Part shown: positions 23,064 to 31,998 of the stretch, in pieces
How positions within the stretch are numbered: position 1 is the stretch's first letter
Layout: each line of letters begins with the position of its first letter
Assembly (NCBI GenBank): GCA_020184695.1
Contig: JAANOX010000011.1
Location: 1-64,000 of the forward strand
Source of the DNA: Histomonas meleagridis 2922-C6/04-290x
Taxonomy: Eukaryota > Protista > Parabasalia
DNA length: 64,000 bases
Reading direction: 5' to 3'
Position numbers and translations under genes: made by a program
Notes under the pieces: model-generated
Seen by the model: the letters and a program-made list of their open reading frames with translations, nothing else
What the model was told of the DNA's origin: nothing
Databases searched by the model: none

Positions 23064-24713
23064 TTATAAATCTTCGCTTAAAATATCAAGAAAGTCATCA
23101 TCTGACTCAACCTTTGTTGTCTGTTCTTCACTTTCGATATCAATAAAGTCATCATCTGACTCAACCTTTGTTGTTTGTTCTTCACTTTCGATATCAATAA
23201 AGTCATCATCTGACTCAATTTTTGTTGCCTGTTCTTCACTTTCAACATCAATAAAGTCATCATCTGATTCAACTTTTGTCGCTTGCTCTTCACTTTCGAT
23301 ATCAATAAAGTCATCATCTGATTCAACCTTAGTGTTACTCTTTTGCTCGCTTTCAACATCTATAAAATCATTCTCTGACTCAACCTTTGTTGTCTGTTCT
23401 TCACTTTCAATATCAATAAAATCATTATCTGATTCAACTTTAGTGCTATTCTTTTCTTCACTTTCGATATCAATAAAATCATTATCTGACTCAACTTTAG
23501 TGCTATTCTTTTCTTCACTTTCAATATCAATAAAATCATTATCTGACTCAACTTTAGTGCTATTCTTTTCTTCACTTTCGATATCAATAAAGTCATCATC
23601 TGATTCAACCTTAGTGTTACTCTTTTGCTCACTTTCGATATCAATAAAGTCATCATCTGACTCAACTTTATTGCTATTCTTTTCTTCACTTTCGATATCA
23701 ATAAAGTCATCATCTGATTCAACCTTTGTTGTCTGTTCTTCGCTTTCGATTTCTATAAAATCATTATCTGACTCGGCTTTAGTGCTATTCTTTTCTTCGC
23801 TTTCGATTTCTATAAAATCATCTTTGGAATCTATCTTTGTACTACTTTGTTTTTCACTCTCAATATCTATAAAATCATCTGATTCAACTTTAGCTTTGCT
23901 ATCATCTCCTTTTGATTCTGTTTTCAAATTACTTTCGGTTTCTATAAAATCGTCAGGCTCAACATACTCAATATTAGAGAAATAATTGCTAACAGATGGT
24001 TCTTTCTTTTTGGTTTCTTTAATGTTAAATGATGTATCTATTGATCCATTGCTAACACCAAAATGAATGGAAGGGATTTTACTTAAATCCCGAATCGTTG
24101 GCTTTACATATGGCTTTTCATCATTCAGTTTTTTACGTCTTGGGGATTTTGGACTTATTTGTTGCTTCTTTTCTTTTGGCTTAGTAATTTTTGGACCATT
24201 GAAATATTTGGAACTGATCTTTCGACTGGACTTGGAATGTGTACTAAGATCTCCTAAATAAGAAGAAACCTTGTCATGAAAAGAAGAATCTTTTAATGAA
24301 AAAGAAAGTAACTTTGAGATATAATTTGTTGCATTACTTCCTTTTAGTATTTCAAGATTTGAGGGTAATGGAGAACCATTGGATTCTATTTGGATGGTGT
24401 TAATAGTTAACTTCATTTCATTATCTTTCAAGAATGATAGAGCAACTGCATATGCAATTTCCCATGCGGTTGTTTTACGTCGCTTTACATGTGGCTTCAT
24501 TGTGACAAAAATTGGATTGCTTGAATTTAACGCAATTTTTCCAATTTCCAGCATAAATTTTGCTTGAGAATAATGATTTGCTCCTTTTTGGGATAGCGTT
24601 TGAGACGTTTTTAATAGTAGCTCATCTCGTGGAATTTGAGGTAAGAATTTTCTTCCATGAATTTCTTTATGTTGCATTTTTTGTTTTGGATATCGTACGT
24701 TAAGTATTTTCAA
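23064..24713 (-). CDS. Protein with LisH-like segment and C-terminal acidic tandem repeats
   Basis: 549 aa; AYAVALSFLKDNEMKLTINTI is LisH-like; ~16 units of KVESDDDFIDIESEE(K/Q)xxT. Confidence 0.85.
   Translation of the reverse strand: MKILNVRYPKQKMQHKEIHGRKFLPQIPRDELLLKTSQTLSQKGANHYSQAKFMLEIGKIALNSSNPIFVTMKPHVKRRKTTAWEIAYAVALSFLKDNEMKLTINTIQIESNGSPLPSNLEILKGSNATNYISKLLSFSLKDSSFHDKVSSYLGDLSTHSKSSRKISSKYFNGPKITKPKEKKQQISPKSPRRKKLNDEKPYVKPTIRDLSKIPSIHFGVSNGSIDTSFNIKETKKKEPSVSNYFSNIEYVEPDDFIETESNLKTESKGDDSKAKVESDDFIDIESEKQSSTKIDSKDDFIEIESEEKNSTKAESDNDFIEIESEEQTTKVESDDDFIDIESEEKNSNKVESDDDFIDIESEQKSNTKVESDDDFIDIESEEKNSTKVESDNDFIDIESEEKNSTKVESDNDFIDIESEEKNSTKVESDNDFIDIESEEQTTKVESENDFIDVESEQKSNTKVESDDDFIDIESEEQATKVESDDDFIDVESEEQATKIESDDDFIDIESEEQTTKVESDDDFIDIESEEQTTKVESDDDFLDILSEDL
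23070..23960 (-). repeat. 54/57-bp coding tandem repeat
   Basis: 18-19 aa units with a D(D/N)DF(I/L)(D/E)(I/V) core. Confidence 0.95.
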
Positions 24714-24916
24714 ATCTTGGTGTTGAAGATCTATGCAGTATTTGTAGCTATCATTGAATGCACCTTTTTTAGTATTTCCTGAAAATCATAAGCAAAGCAA
24801 ATTATGATAATTTTTAAAAGATATTTCAAATAATGATTTGAATCAACACTTGAACTTCTCTAACGCAATAAATATTAAAAAACATGTTTTATTGATCAAA
24901 AAAAAAATATGGGGTT

Positions 24917-25432
24917 TTAACTGTTTTGAAAAACATCTGATGTGTATTGTTCATCTGTGTTTTGGAAATTCAGGCTTTGTGGTGAGATTCCATTTTGACA
25001 CATCAAAATTTGCCCTTGTAAAATAGAAATACGTGCTTTAAGTTCTTCTGGTGAAAGTTCTTCAAGTGTAGTAACATCTGGAATATCAACTAACTGACTA
25101 ATATTAATGTGATTGCTTTTCTTATTCTCATTTCGCTTTTGATATTTATATTCCGGATGAATTTGTTTGAAATCACTTTGTTTTAACTTCGCTTGTTCTT
25201 TGTATGGTTGCTTTTCTGCATCACTTAAACTCTTCCACATATTCGCTAATGCTTTGGTAACTTCAAGATTTGGAAGTTCTGGGTGTTCTTCATGAACTTT
25301 GCTTCGATTTTCAACACAATATAGAAAAAAAGCATTCGGTGGACGACTGATCTTCTTTTGTTTCTCTGTTGCTTCAATACTCGAAATTTCTACATTCGTG
25401 TTTTCGAATGGTAAAACTGAAAGCGCATCCAT
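24917..25432 (-). CDS. HMG-box protein, copy 2
   Basis: Differs from copy 1 at 3 aa. Confidence 0.93.
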   Translation of the reverse strand: MDALSVLPFENTNVEISSIEATEKQKKISRPPNAFFLYCVENRSKVHEEHPELPNLEVTKALANMWKSLSDAEKQPYKEQAKLKQSDFKQIHPEYKYQKRNENKKSNHINISQLVDIPDVTTLEELSPEELKARISILQGQILMCQNGISPQSLNFQNTDEQYTSDVFQNS

Positions 25433-25581
25433 TTGAAAAATAAAAAATTCTAAAGACGTTATTTAGAGGTTTTGAATGGGGTGTCCCAATATGAAATTTT
25501 TAGAAATGTACGTTAAGATACCGTTTATTTTATTGACACTTTTCAATTAAGATATTTGAATAACTTCGTTTGAACTGTAAA

Positions 25582-26241
25582 ATGCTCTTTCTTTTGCTTT
25601 TTGGGATATCCCAAAGCAAATCTCTTTCAGAAGTTGTATTTAAACATCTAATAACTCATTGGGAAGGGAGAGGATCATATTCAGAAAATCATGAAATTGA
25701 TCCCACAATTTCACGTTTTTCTTTAGATTGCGATTCTTCACCTGGAAAATCTATTTTATCATGTAATATTAAAAATATAACAGGAGATATAGAAACCACT
25801 TTCTTTATTAAATCAGAAGAAGATAATGACACACTCGAAATTGTAACAAAGCTTAATGAACAAATAGCAAAAGTTAAAATTTTACCAGTTCGCTTAAGCG
25901 ATAATTACATTATGCGCGGTCTTTTGTTGCCAAATAATGATCAAGTTACAATTTCATTAGGATTTTTATCTTTGGATATTTCAATTACAGATCAATTTTC
26001 ATCAAATGTCTCAATGTTTTCATTTCGCAGAAATTCACCAAACATAATTTTTAATCAAATTGCCAAAGTTGGCCTATTCTCCACAGTAATAATATGTATT
26101 TTTGTCGGTATATATAAAGCATCCGATCTTTCTGATGTTATTAAGCCAGAAGAAGGTAAAGCTGCATTACAAATTAAGCACATGTCTATTGCTGCAGATC
26201 GCAAAAAGAAAGCACAAAAAAATAAAGAAAAAACTGAATAA
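25582..26241 (+). CDS. Hypothetical type I membrane protein
   Basis: Signal-like MLFLLLFGISQS; TM segment VGLFSTVIICIFVGIY; basic tail. Confidence 0.8.
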   Translation: MLFLLLFGISQSKSLSEVVFKHLITHWEGRGSYSENHEIDPTISRFSLDCDSSPGKSILSCNIKNITGDIETTFFIKSEEDNDTLEIVTKLNEQIAKVKILPVRLSDNYIMRGLLLPNNDQVTISLGFLSLDISITDQFSSNVSMFSFRRNSPNIIFNQIAKVGLFSTVIICIFVGIYKASDLSDVIKPEEGKAALQIKHMSIAADRKKKAQKNKEKTE

Positions 26242-26405
26242 AAAATAAAATTAAACTGAATGCAAATGTTGGCTTTATTTAATTAAGTGAATATTTTCTT
26301 CGTTTTTAAACGATAGATTTTTCAATAATTTTTGATCGAACTTCAGAATTTCACCAAACGTGCCCATACGTCGTATCTATCGTATTGTAATGTTATGAAA
26401 TTTGA

Positions 26406-27281
26406 ATGCAAAAACAATCCAATTTTCTCACCGCTTCCAAGATGTCATACGTTGAATTCGAAGGAAACCATACTCCTCCTAAGGAAAACTTTCTAAAGAG
26501 ATCTGCTGTTGTCAGTTTTTCTCTTTGCATTGTGTTTTTTATCTCCACAATTGCATTATTAGTTATTTGTTTAATTCAACGCAGTACAATCACTAGTGGA
26601 AATGAGGCAATTCCACCGGATTCGATCCTTCCGATTGTAAAGCCTGTTACTGAAAATATTTCAGGCGCTGCTAAATATAGCGGATCATTTAATATCAAGC
26701 CATCAACATATTACAAGCATCTCAATTTCTATAACAAGAAGCCCACAAACACGATTAAAATTTTGGAAAAATTCCAAACTTATCAACAAACAAATGATGG
26801 ATCATGTGGTGCATCAGCTGCATTAATGGCTCTAAACTATCTTGGAGAGAAAAATATTTCTGAGTATGATCTTGTTAATGAAACACTTTTATACCCAGAA
26901 TCAACTCCTGAAAGACTTGAAAATGTGTTCAAGAATCGCAATTATAAAGTTGTATCTTCAGTTGAATCGTCATCAAAAGGCACAACATACTTTACAGATG
27001 CGTCTCAATTTGCTGGAAATCTCACAAGTTGGATCAATAATAAGACACCTGTATTAGTCAAACTTGGTGGTCATTGGAGTGTAATAATTGGATATGATGA
27101 CTTTGGCAAACCAGCTGACCTTCAGAACCATGTTTTAATTCTTGCAGATTCCTGGGATACTCATGATCATAGTCAAGATGGGTACATTATCTATACATTT
27201 GATTACTTCTGGAATATCTGGACAAACATGGCTGTTAAGAGTGAAGGCTTATACCAACAGTTTGTTGTCGGATACAAGTAA
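26406..27281 (+). CDS. Membrane-anchored C39-like (papain-fold) cysteine peptidase
   Basis: N-terminal TM; YQQTNDGSCGASAALMALNYLG, GGHWSVIIGYD and LADSW give the Q/C/H/D catalytic set. Start may be ATG 26442. Confidence 0.85.
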   Translation: MQKQSNFLTASKMSYVEFEGNHTPPKENFLKRSAVVSFSLCIVFFISTIALLVICLIQRSTITSGNEAIPPDSILPIVKPVTENISGAAKYSGSFNIKPSTYYKHLNFYNKKPTNTIKILEKFQTYQQTNDGSCGASAALMALNYLGEKNISEYDLVNETLLYPESTPERLENVFKNRNYKVVSSVESSSKGTTYFTDASQFAGNLTSWINNKTPVLVKLGGHWSVIIGYDDFGKPADLQNHVLILADSWDTHDHSQDGYIIYTFDYFWNIWTNMAVKSEGLYQQFVVGYK

Positions 27282-27485
27282 AAAAACACAAATCAGCAAA
27301 TTATTCGAAAATTCCTATTTAATTTATTGTTCTTCTGTTATTGTTTCTCTTAAAATACTATAAATTCGAACCTGAATCGTCTGGTTTGGTTCACACTTGA
27401 AGTTTTTCTTTGGTTTTGTTGTATTCGCCGATAAATTGTTATCAAAAATTTGCACACTGAAAAACCGTTAATAACTAAAACTCCA

Positions 27486-28208
27486 ATGAGCAGTAATTCA
27501 TCAGACACCTCAGGATATTCTGATAATTCTTCTGATAACCGTGATTATTCAAGTGATCATAACTCAAATTCAAGTGATAACTCTCGGTCAAATTCTTCAA
27601 GTGACCGCAATACTCAATCATCAAATTCTTCAGATTCAAACTCTCAAAACTCAAACACACAAAGGAGTGATAACTCTCAAAGCACAGATTCAAGAAATTC
27701 AAGCAATCAATCAAATTCGCAAAATTCAGATTCTGCACCAGGACAAAATGACCGAGACAATAGTTCAGATGCTGATTCAGGTCATTCTGACTCAGAGAGC
27801 ACAGGTCCAAATACTCAACAAGGTAATAAAAATACAGTTACATCGAAAGATAAAAGAAACTCAGGAAAACCTCAAGCTTTGCCAACACAAAATCAGACAA
27901 GCATATCATCTGATGGATATGGCGAATCAGATTTGCTCTTCTCAGAACCTCCACCTCTCGGTGAAAGTGACAGTGAAAGTGAAAGCAGCAGCGGCAGCGC
28001 CAGTGTGAGTGCAGATGTTTTCCATACAGAGTCTTCAGATGACGATAATTTATTGATGCAAAATGAAGAAGAAAACGCATTTTCTGTTGAGAAAATGAAC
28101 GAACAGTTCCACTTGCAAAGTTTCCCTGAGATAGACAATTCGGATTTCCAAAAGAAGTGCACAATTAAGGCGGCTTTAGATGTGTTGAAGACAATAGCAG
28201 ATGAATAA
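27486..28208 (+). CDS. Ser/Asn/Asp-rich low-complexity hypothetical protein
   Basis: Open frame with coding-like composition; no recognisable domain. Confidence 0.7.
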   Translation: MSSNSSDTSGYSDNSSDNRDYSSDHNSNSSDNSRSNSSSDRNTQSSNSSDSNSQNSNTQRSDNSQSTDSRNSSNQSNSQNSDSAPGQNDRDNSSDADSGHSDSESTGPNTQQGNKNTVTSKDKRNSGKPQALPTQNQTSISSDGYGESDLLFSEPPPLGESDSESESSSGSASVSADVFHTESSDDDNLLMQNEEENAFSVEKMNEQFHLQSFPEIDNSDFQKKCTIKAALDVLKTIADE

Positions 28209-29079
28209 AACTTTTAAATCTTAAGCATTTTTGAAGCTCTGTGAGAACGTAATTTAATTTTTGGAGTGATCAAAATTTAAATAAAATTTCTTCTTCGATA
28301 ATTATCTATTTAAATAGAAATCGTTAGTGCACATTTTTTGTCCAGCACCAATGAAATTTCATATGCTTCAATAGATGGCGTAATCACATTAATCGATTCC
28401 ACAACGGGAATTATAAGATGAACATATAACTTTGGATTTCATCTGATCTGATTGACTTTCAAAAGATGGTCATCATCGCTTACTTTGAATCGTTTTTCTA
28501 GATCATTTCGTGTTTTCATGCCTGGCCGTATTGAAGGGCTTGTGCGGGAAGCTAAACAACATTTGTTAATCTAACGAAACCAATAATATGTGTGCCAATA
28601 TATTAATAAATTCATTAAGGAGAAATCTGACTTATGAATGCAGGAGATTGAATTAATGAATTCATCGTAAGAAATAACCAAACATTACTAAAATTCTGTT
28701 CTTCCTGTGAATACAGGTCAGGATATTTTACGTAAAAGCACTTTTAACAACGAAATTATGTTGAATAAAATGATAAATAAATGTTATTTCAATATTAATT
28801 TATATTTAATCTGGTGATATATTCTGCATATAAAAAGGAATGTTTTAAATAATAATTATTCTGTTTTTAATACAATCAGAAGAATTTTTGTATGAATATA
28901 TTGGTATAATTTGATTAAAAGGTTTCATATTACATGTCCAGTTTGGTGTGTGGATAGTAAAACAGCAAAAATTTGTCTTTTTATATAAAACATTTCAAGT
29001 CACATTACAGTCACTTAAGTTGAAGATTTTGCCATAAAAAATTCACTGATATTAAAGATTTACGAAGTTAATTTCACTT

Positions 29080-30264
29080 TTAATCGTCCTTTTGAATCAA
29101 TGGTGTATCGTCAACAACTTTTTCTTGTTTTTCTTCATCTGGATAATTGAATATTGGAATTCTTATGATCTTATTGTAAAGGAGCATTCCAGTGAACAAC
29201 AAGAAGAAACCCGCCAATTGCATGAAACTGAAGACAGTCCATTCCTCTCCGAGGTCAGGATTACCTGTTGAATAGAACATAATGATTTCGACAACCCAAA
29301 TGCAAAGAGTTCTAAGTCCTTCAAGGATAGTTCTAATGACAGCAGATGTAATGTTAGTGACGTACATGCCAGTAACATTGTAGAAAAGAATAACTAATAT
29401 ATAAAGTATGACAAATACTATCAATACGGGAGAGTTACCAATCATCTTAAAGGAGTCAATGGTATCTTCATGAACACCATTGCCTTCATCTTTGATGCCA
29501 CCAGTGACGCTAATAATTGGAAGGAATATGCATCCTGTAATTATTGTTCCCCACATACCTTCAAGACCAACAATAAGAACTGGTGAGGCTGTAAGATCGT
29601 GCATAAGGAAGTCTTCAACAACAATCTGGGAGGCTTGGATTAATTGTGATCCGACAGTTAAACCAATAGCAAGAATAACTTGGCCTGTGGTAACGCCGGC
29701 TTTACCAACACCTGTGGATGAAACAGCTGCAACACCAACAATGGTAAGTGCAATGATAATTAACAAAACACTCCACCACATAAATGGATAATGTGGTCGC
29801 TTAAGAATGAAGGCACAGAAAATGGAGGAGAAAAGAACCATGGAACCACGAAGCATTTGCCAAACAGAGGCTTGAATGTAAAGAAGACCAATATTCATAA
29901 GTGAAGTGGCAAGAAGATCAAAACATGCTGGAATTGCAACAATGAAATAGAACTTCTTGTGGGTGGTCTTTTCAGCCTTTTCTGTTTCCTCAGCATCAAC
30001 TGATTGAAGTGATTGATCAGTTCCTTTCCTTTTTTGAATACAACGTTGAACTTCATATACAACAAGAGCGCTAAACATACCAACAAACATAGAAGCTGTT
30101 TGGAACCATGGTTTCTTGAATTTACGTGGTTCACCTCCATACTTGGCATCACCAATTGCTTCTTGTTCAAAGAGGAACTTCTGAATAACAACGGTGCATG
30201 TGCCAAATAGAAGCATACCACCGATGATAATAAATTTCTTGGTGAAAGATACTTCTTGAGCCAT
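29080..30264 (-). CDS. SLC35F-like drug/metabolite (nucleotide-sugar) transporter
   Basis: ~10 TM; FKKPWFQTASMFVGM, PACFDLLATSLMNIGL, SVWQMLRGSMVLF, LVGLEG-type motif. TCATT Inr just upstream of the ATG. Confidence 0.9.
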   Translation of the reverse strand: MAQEVSFTKKFIIIGGMLLFGTCTVVIQKFLFEQEAIGDAKYGGEPRKFKKPWFQTASMFVGMFSALVVYEVQRCIQKRKGTDQSLQSVDAEETEKAEKTTHKKFYFIVAIPACFDLLATSLMNIGLLYIQASVWQMLRGSMVLFSSIFCAFILKRPHYPFMWWSVLLIIIALTIVGVAAVSSTGVGKAGVTTGQVILAIGLTVGSQLIQASQIVVEDFLMHDLTASPVLIVGLEGMWGTIITGCIFLPIISVTGGIKDEGNGVHEDTIDSFKMIGNSPVLIVFVILYILVILFYNVTGMYVTNITSAVIRTILEGLRTLCIWVVEIIMFYSTGNPDLGEEWTVFSFMQLAGFFLLFTGMLLYNKIIRIPIFNYPDEEKQEKVVDDTPLIQKDD

Positions 30265-30529
30265 CGGAATGACACTTTTTGGGAAACAATACCTATCAAT
30301 TTTCTGTAGTTTTCAAACCGCTAAATAAATTGAAATTTGATAAACGATAGATCAACGTTTTGAGGCAAGAACACCCTCTAAAAGAACATATTTCAAGCTT
30401 CTAATATTGGAGGTGCATGCAAAGGTATTGTGGGAGGAAACGAGAGTTAACTTTTGGTAACGATTATTAATTAAATATGAAAAAAAATAATATGTTGTTC
30501 AAAAATGGTGATTGTTTAACAATAAATTT

Positions 30530-30979
30530 TTATTTGTTGTCAGGGTGCTGATCTAAAAGAAGAAAAAATTGGTCTCGAATAACTGACCAATTGTCATCAA
30601 ACCATTGAAGTAAATCAGTTTTCTTTTTGGTAGTTTTAGGGTCATACGGTATATCATTTTTTTTCGATAAAAACAGTGCAATGTCTCGATAAACAACTGA
30701 TGTTGGACGAATTTGTTTATTATTTTTTTTCAATAAAAACAAGTGATCCTCGATTTCTCTTTGCGCTCTAAGTTTGTTTACGCCTCCTGGAAAAACAGGA
30801 TGACTTGGATCCATCTGATATACCATATCATAAAGACGTTGAGTTGCAATAGGAAGTAAATCTGGAGAATTTTTACAAATTGTTATGATTTCTGAAATCA
30901 GTTCAATTGAGCTTTGTGTAAAGTTTGGTGTCTGATCAATTTCTTCCATGAGTTGGAAGGTTGCCCAAGAATTAGACAA
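30530..30979 (-). CDS. Hypothetical protein
   Basis: 149-aa ORF (TTG start; first ATG 10 codons later); C-terminal LLQWFDDNWSVI. Confidence 0.65.
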   Translation of the reverse strand: MSNSWATFQLMEEIDQTPNFTQSSIELISEIITICKNSPDLLPIATQRLYDMVYQMDPSHPVFPGGVNKLRAQREIEDHLFLLKKNNKQIRPTSVVYRDIALFLSKKNDIPYDPKTTKKKTDLLQWFDDNWSVIRDQFFLLLDQHPDNK

Positions 30980-31276
30980 ACATAGTCAAATTGAATCACG
31001 AAATCGACTTCTGTTTGTTCTTCAAAACGAAGCATTACCAATAGATCTTAGTATATATATATTTGATTTGTTGGTTCTATAAAAAAAATAAAACAAATTT
31101 TTCAAAATTTTTGTTGATTCATATTTTAAAATATGATTGATTTGTTTAAAAACTAACCTATCTGTTTTTTGTGAAAAGTCATAAGCTACCTCTTTTTTGG
31201 AAAAAATCATCCAAACATAATTTATTTATATTATGAACATGCAATTTATAAAATTTTGTAACTTATTAAATTTTGT

Positions 31277-31891
31277 TCATCTGATAGAAAATCCATAAAG
31301 GAAATCTCTTTCCGAAAGACGATGTGAAAATACAAACAGAAGTGTACCAATAACAAAGAGAACGACTCGAGAGATATCTTCAGCTTGATATGGAACAAAT
31401 ACATTTTTTCTCCAATCATCATCAAAGCCATATTTTTCAGGAAGCATGTACCATTCCGGTTGCCGCATTGTCATTGCATAAAACATTTGTTCCGTACCAG
31501 TAATAAAAAATGATAAAAAAAATGATACTAATATAAAAATTACTGAAAGAACAAACATGACCTTAGGTGCTGTTATGCGAACAATGAAAAAAGAAAATAC
31601 AGCATATGTTATGTTGATAATTAAAGAAATTGCAGATATCAATACATAAGCAAACCCAATATTTGGTGAAATTTGTGAATAATACCCCATGAATGAATAT
31701 CCTCCTAAAACCCCATAATTAATACAAATTAAAAATAATGAAAATCCTGAGAAAACTGATTCTATAAAAATAGCAATATAACCAAGATATATTATCAAAT
31801 ACGACATAGGTATTGAGATTAAAAGGGCGTCTCTCTTTTGATTTCTTTCCTTTTGTTTATCTTTATCACTTTCAAGTTTTACCTTTTTCAT
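31277..31891 (-). CDS. Four-TM hypothetical membrane protein
   Basis: 204 aa with 4 hydrophobic segments. Confidence 0.7.
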   Translation of the reverse strand: MKKVKLESDKDKQKERNQKRDALLISIPMSYLIIYLGYIAIFIESVFSGFSLFLICINYGVLGGYSFMGYYSQISPNIGFAYVLISAISLIINITYAVFSFFIVRITAPKVMFVLSVIFILVSFFLSFFITGTEQMFYAMTMRQPEWYMLPEKYGFDDDWRKNVFVPYQAEDISRVVLFVIGTLLFVFSHRLSERDFLYGFSIR

Positions 31892-31998
31892 CTTAAAAAA
31901 AACGTTTAAAATACGTTTAAGGTAGGAGGACGTTATTTTTAACGGTCCAACGATAGTAAATTTTACAGTGAGTCTGTTCGGATTTTAGAAACCGTTTG

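Noticed and set aside
23078-23985. Alternative-frame and antisense ORFs over the acidic repeat
   Set aside because: By-products of the periodic coding repeat.
27475-28164. Overlapping ORFs around the Ser-rich gene
   Set aside because: Low-complexity shadow frames.
28340-28570. Possible PQQ/IRE1-like beta-propeller relic (ASIDGVITLIDSTTGIIR*TY)
   Set aside because: Short and stop-riddled; cannot be supported without a profile search.
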